From: Bacteroidota bacterium
GTDB lineage: Bacteria; Bacteroidota; Bacteroidia; Bacteroidales; WCHB1-69
Reading direction: 5' to 3'
NCBI GenBank assembly: GCA_037130365.1
Contig: JBAXTE010000016.1
Coordinates: 6,029-70,028 of the forward strand
DNA length: 64,000 nt
Shown one piece after another: positions 62,879 to 64,000 of the stretch (the first letter of the stretch is position 1; each line of letters opens with the position of its first letter). The notes under the pieces are model-generated. The model searched no databases and had not been told where the DNA came from. It saw only the letters and a list, made by a program, of their open reading frames with translations. Position numbers and translations under genes: made by a program.

Positions 62879-63369
62879 AGCTCTGTTTGTTTGATATTCA
62901 ACAAGATCTCTTCTAATTTTTTCAAGTTTAAATCAGTATAAACCTCTTCGTTAATAATCATAGAAGGTGCTTTACCACATCTACCAAGGCATTCACAAAG
63001 TTCAAGCGTAAATAATCCGTCTTGCGAAGTTAAATTAGCTTCCAGTTGCCAATTGCTTTTTAAGTAATCAACCAATTTTGCAGAACCCATCATTTGGCAT
63101 ACAGGAGATTTACACAACCGAATAAGATATTTTCCTCGTGGTGTTACGCTGAACATGCTGTAATAGGTAACAATACCAAATAATTGTCCTTTGGTTATAT
63201 TGAAATATTTAGACGTAAAATTCAGGATTTCCTCGCTGAGATAGTGTTGTGGATGCTTGTTTTGCAATTCATGCAAAGCATTAATAATAAATTCCTTTTG
63301 AGGTTGAAATTGATCCAAAATGGATAGTATTTCTTCTTTATTTAATTCTTTTTGCATAGGATTCAGCAT
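62875..63369 (-). CDS. NuoE-like 2Fe-2S subunit of the FDH complex
   Basis: LHELQ, TYYSMF, CKSPVC, CLGRC..AP; alternative start 63357. Confidence 0.92.
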   Translation of the reverse strand: MLNPMQKELNKEEILSILDQFQPQKEFIINALHELQNKHPQHYLSEEILNFTSKYFNITKGQLFGIVTYYSMFSVTPRGKYLIRLCKSPVCQMMGSAKLVDYLKSNWQLEANLTSQDGLFTLELCECLGRCGKAPSMIINEEVYTDLNLKKLEEILLNIKQTEL

Positions 63370-63928
63370 TTAATAAATCTTCCTGATAATTAATATTGAA
63401 AAATGCAACATCATAATCTATATCCAAAGGTACATTAAAATATCTCATATTGCATTTGGGAAACATTTCTCTAATTCGATAAATTTTATTATTTAACATC
63501 TCCTCAATCACAGGAAGCAATGTTTTATGATAAATAGCATGAAGTGGCTCTATCTTCTCTTGATATGTAGGAATTAATATTTCACAGGGATTTTTTTGAA
63601 TGCTTTGTATCATCAGCTCAATCAGTGGTGCTGATAAAAAAGGCATATCGCACGAAAAGACAAAAATGTATGGCGTCTCGGCAAACGAAAGAGCAGCATG
63701 AATTCCAGCTAATGGTCCAGCTTCTTGATAAGAATCTTTGGTCGATTTTATTTCAGAATATTCTTCCGGATGATTTGTGACTACAAAAACATCTTTAAAA
63801 ACCAGTTTTAATACCGACAGTTGTTTCTGAAATATAGTCTGATTATCAACAGATAGCCACGATTTATTCATCCCGCCAATGCGAGAATTTTTACCTCCGG
63901 CTATAATGGCTGCTGAAATATTCTGCAT
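63338..63928 (-). CDS. mobA: Molybdenum cofactor guanylyltransferase
   Basis: IIAGG.NSRIG..K, GPLAGI, CDMPF, EPLHAIY, FFNIN. Confidence 0.93.
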   Translation of the reverse strand: MQNISAAIIAGGKNSRIGGMNKSWLSVDNQTIFQKQLSVLKLVFKDVFVVTNHPEEYSEIKSTKDSYQEAGPLAGIHAALSFAETPYIFVFSCDMPFLSAPLIELMIQSIQKNPCEILIPTYQEKIEPLHAIYHKTLLPVIEEMLNNKIYRIREMFPKCNMRYFNVPLDIDYDVAFFNINYQEDLLNAESYAKRIK

Positions 63929-64000
63929 AATTCTTAATTATTTAAAAAAACTTAAAGGAATCAACAATAGTATAAACTTCAAAATTGCCAAATTGTTTAA

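Noticed and set aside
61640-63369. Respiratory complex I nuoEF
   Set aside because: No membrane nuo genes nearby; genes are coupled to fdhF and mobA, so they are FDH diaphorase subunits

Overview
AT-rich bacterial chromosomal DNA, almost certainly Bacteroidota and probably an anaerobic Bacteroidales. Evidence: TAnnTTTG -7 promoters, T9SS cargo and a PorE-like gene, DUF4290, and a str operon without tuf. The centre (20.4-39.8 kb, minus strand) is the full str-S10-spc-alpha ribosomal cluster followed by eno. It includes rpmJ, which the ORF track missed, and a near-perfect internal promoter before rpmD. The left arm holds an IS remnant, a decayed ABC permease, a radical SAM/SPASM enzyme coupled to a small YG-motif lipoprotein, an M49 peptidase, an SPFH gene followed by a 738-aa uncharacterised EF-hand-like membrane protein, mqnA, a redoxin, queE-porE-cupin and a T9SS substrate. 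The right arm holds uvrD/pcrA, an ABC-2 exporter, a GT2, an RluA-family synthase, a sigma54-controlled MacAB-like efflux locus and a Mo/W NAD-linked formate dehydrogenase operon. In the efflux locus, two sigma54 promoters each lie exactly 62 bp from a matching palindrome. Several intergenic regions contain tandem octamers and nested palindromic mini-elements. No rRNA, tRNA or CRISPR array was seen. All family assignments are by eye from motifs; no database search was run.
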